DNA of 64,000 nucleotides from a bacterium (GTDB lineage Bacteria; Zixibacteria; MSB-5A5; WJJR01): NCBI GenBank assembly GCA_021813505.1, contig JAKAKI010000040.1, positions 56,559 to 120,558 of the forward strand, read 5' to 3'. Shown piece by piece: positions 62,943 to 64,000 of this stretch (position 1 is its first letter; each line of letters starts with the position of its first letter). The notes under the pieces were generated by a model. It saw only the letters and a program-made list of their open reading frames with translations, ran no database searches and was not told where the DNA came from. The position numbers and the translations under genes were made by a program.

Positions 62943-63115
62943 CCTGTACCTCCCTAAGGGCTCAAGAGACGCCCGAAGACGGGATGCCTCTGCCTGACAA
63001 TAAAGTACGCGATTTCCCGATTAAGGTTTCGTGGAATGCGGGTGGGCAAAAAGGCACCGTCGGCTGTGGCGGGGCACTTGGCCGTGAACGGGAAGAAGTG
63101 TGAACAAGTGGTCGT

Positions 63116-63258
63116 AGTGGGTGCCACGGACAAGCCTTCTCCGGCTTTTTGGAGAAGGCTTGTCCGTGTCTTTTCCGGAACCATCCCAAAAGACACGGAC
63201 AAGGAACGCCGAGCAAAGAGCCGCTCGGCCTTCCTTGTCCGTGGCACCCGCTTGATCA
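63116..63258. repeat. Composite quasi-palindromic element: two inverted ~55-nt units, each 'GGGTGCCACGGACAAG-[hairpin]-CTTGTCCGTGTCTTTT', around a central hairpin
   Basis: Hairpin 1 'ggacaagccttctcc-ggctttttgg-agaaggcttgtcc' then 'gtgtcttttcc'. Central 'gtctttt-ccggaaccatccc-aaaagac'. Hairpin 3 'ggacaaggaacgccgagc-aaagagc-cgctcggccttccttgtcc'. Outer arms 'gggtgccacggacaag' and 'cttgtccgtggcaccc'. The 'acggacaag' motif occurs four times. Confidence 0.5.
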
Positions 63259-63358
63259 ACGTCAGGTGTCATTCGGGGAAAACGGAATACACAGAGATCA
63301 GGGGCACCAGGCACCTTGGTTACGACCAGAGGTTCTCAACTCACAGAGGACTACTCAT

Positions 63359-63934
63359 CTATAAGAACATCTTTCTAAACAGAGACGAGAGCAAATAGTT
63401 CAAATCGAATGCCGCTGACTCGATGTTGACACGGCTAGAACAGGTGCCGGTATGGAGAATCGTACTTCTGAGATCGTACAGTTCTTGGAATCTCTTCTTG
63501 GCATTCTCTCCTAAGTACCCCTTGACCAATCTCCGACATGCTTTCCCAATCGACTCAAATCGAGCTTCGCCGAGCACAGATAAGAGGGATTCCCTTTCGC
63601 TGGGGCTTAGCACTGCCTTCTGGATGACTTGAACCAAACTGCTGATCACCTTCAGTTGCTCGCCTGCGCGCGGCTCGCGAGTGCATAATGCTTCTACGCA
63701 AGTGATCAAGATCAGGAAGCGGGCGCGATCGGATGATTCGAAGTTCGAAAGGCCGTATAGTTCTAATGCGAGGCATTGCTGTTCACTCATAACCAAATTG
63801 GCAGCAAAGGCCTCGCAGACAAAATTAGTAAACTCGTCGATTCTTGGCAACTGCGACATGTGCACATTCGACAGATAGGATTGCGGCTGTAACTGTCCGC
63901 CCCAGACACTCAGGCCATGGCGCTCATCGATCAC
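63359..63934 (-). CDS. Hypothetical protein in a compositionally atypical (low-GC) region
   Basis: 191-aa ORF. Local GC is visibly lower (~48-50%) than the ~62% window average. No family recognised. Confidence 0.4.
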   Translation of the reverse strand: MIDERHGLSVWGGQLQPQSYLSNVHMSQLPRIDEFTNFVCEAFAANLVMSEQQCLALELYGLSNFESSDRARFLILITCVEALCTREPRAGEQLKVISSLVQVIQKAVLSPSERESLLSVLGEARFESIGKACRRLVKGYLGENAKKRFQELYDLRSTILHTGTCSSRVNIESAAFDLNYLLSSLFRKMFL

Positions 63935-64000
63935 CCGGTAACCTGGAGGCCTCGTATCTCTATCTTTGTCCGATTTGTGGGTTTGGTCTACACCGGTGTC

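Overview
This is a high-GC (~62%) bacterial chromosomal segment. It is densely coding and consists mostly of core housekeeping genes. The T9SS-type C-terminal domain on a subtilase, the MglA/MglB genes and the Bacteroidetes-like protease families suggest an FCB-group, Gemmatimonadota or candidate-phylum organism, but this cannot be settled from the sequence alone.

Gene order, left to right:
- Start to ~5.6 kb: murJ (3' part), a SIMPL/YggE-like protein, an NCS2 purine permease and ComEC.
- 5.6-17.1 kb: a contiguous same-strand block that looks like a polarity/motility locus. It holds a DUF4388 (PATAN-like) protein, a small membrane protein, a TPR protein, a membrane-anchored Roadblock protein, a second Roadblock protein, mglA (with a long disordered tail), mglB, then pilB-pilT-pilC and a PilS-like sensor kinase. 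This is the most interesting candidate system in the window.
- 17-24.6 kb: polyprenyl synthase, a VWA double-TM protein, eno-ftsB-recO-glyQS.
- 24.6-30.5 kb: two tandem paralogous ArnT/PMT-like GT-C membrane proteins, a dipeptide-epimerase-family enzyme, a phage Gp37/Gp68-family protein and a cyclophilin.
- 30.6-37.6 kb, minus strand: a peptide deformylase gene frameshifted in a G7 run, then tRNA-Leu(GAG), then secG-tpiA-pgk-gap, two tandem outer-membrane beta-barrel paralogues and pfkA.
- 38-50.3 kb: sugar nucleotidyltransferase, metK-ahcY, lptF-lptG, a YhaM-like HD protein, mreB, rnr and a PglE/PglC-like aminotransferase plus phosphoglycosyltransferase pair.
- 50.3-64 kb: a lipoprotein, tRNA-Gly(TCC), an S8 subtilase with a T9SS-type C-terminal domain, amino-acid ABC ATPase and permease, a DUF2723 GT-C-like protein, a DinB-family protein, a large secreted C10 (streptopain-family) cysteine protease with repeat modules and a dockerin-like tail, an ABC substrate-binding protein, and a LiaF-like/PspC pair.
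- The window ends with a composite quasi-palindromic non-coding element and a compositionally atypical (low-GC) hypothetical gene.

No CRISPR array, rRNA or recognisable transposase was found.
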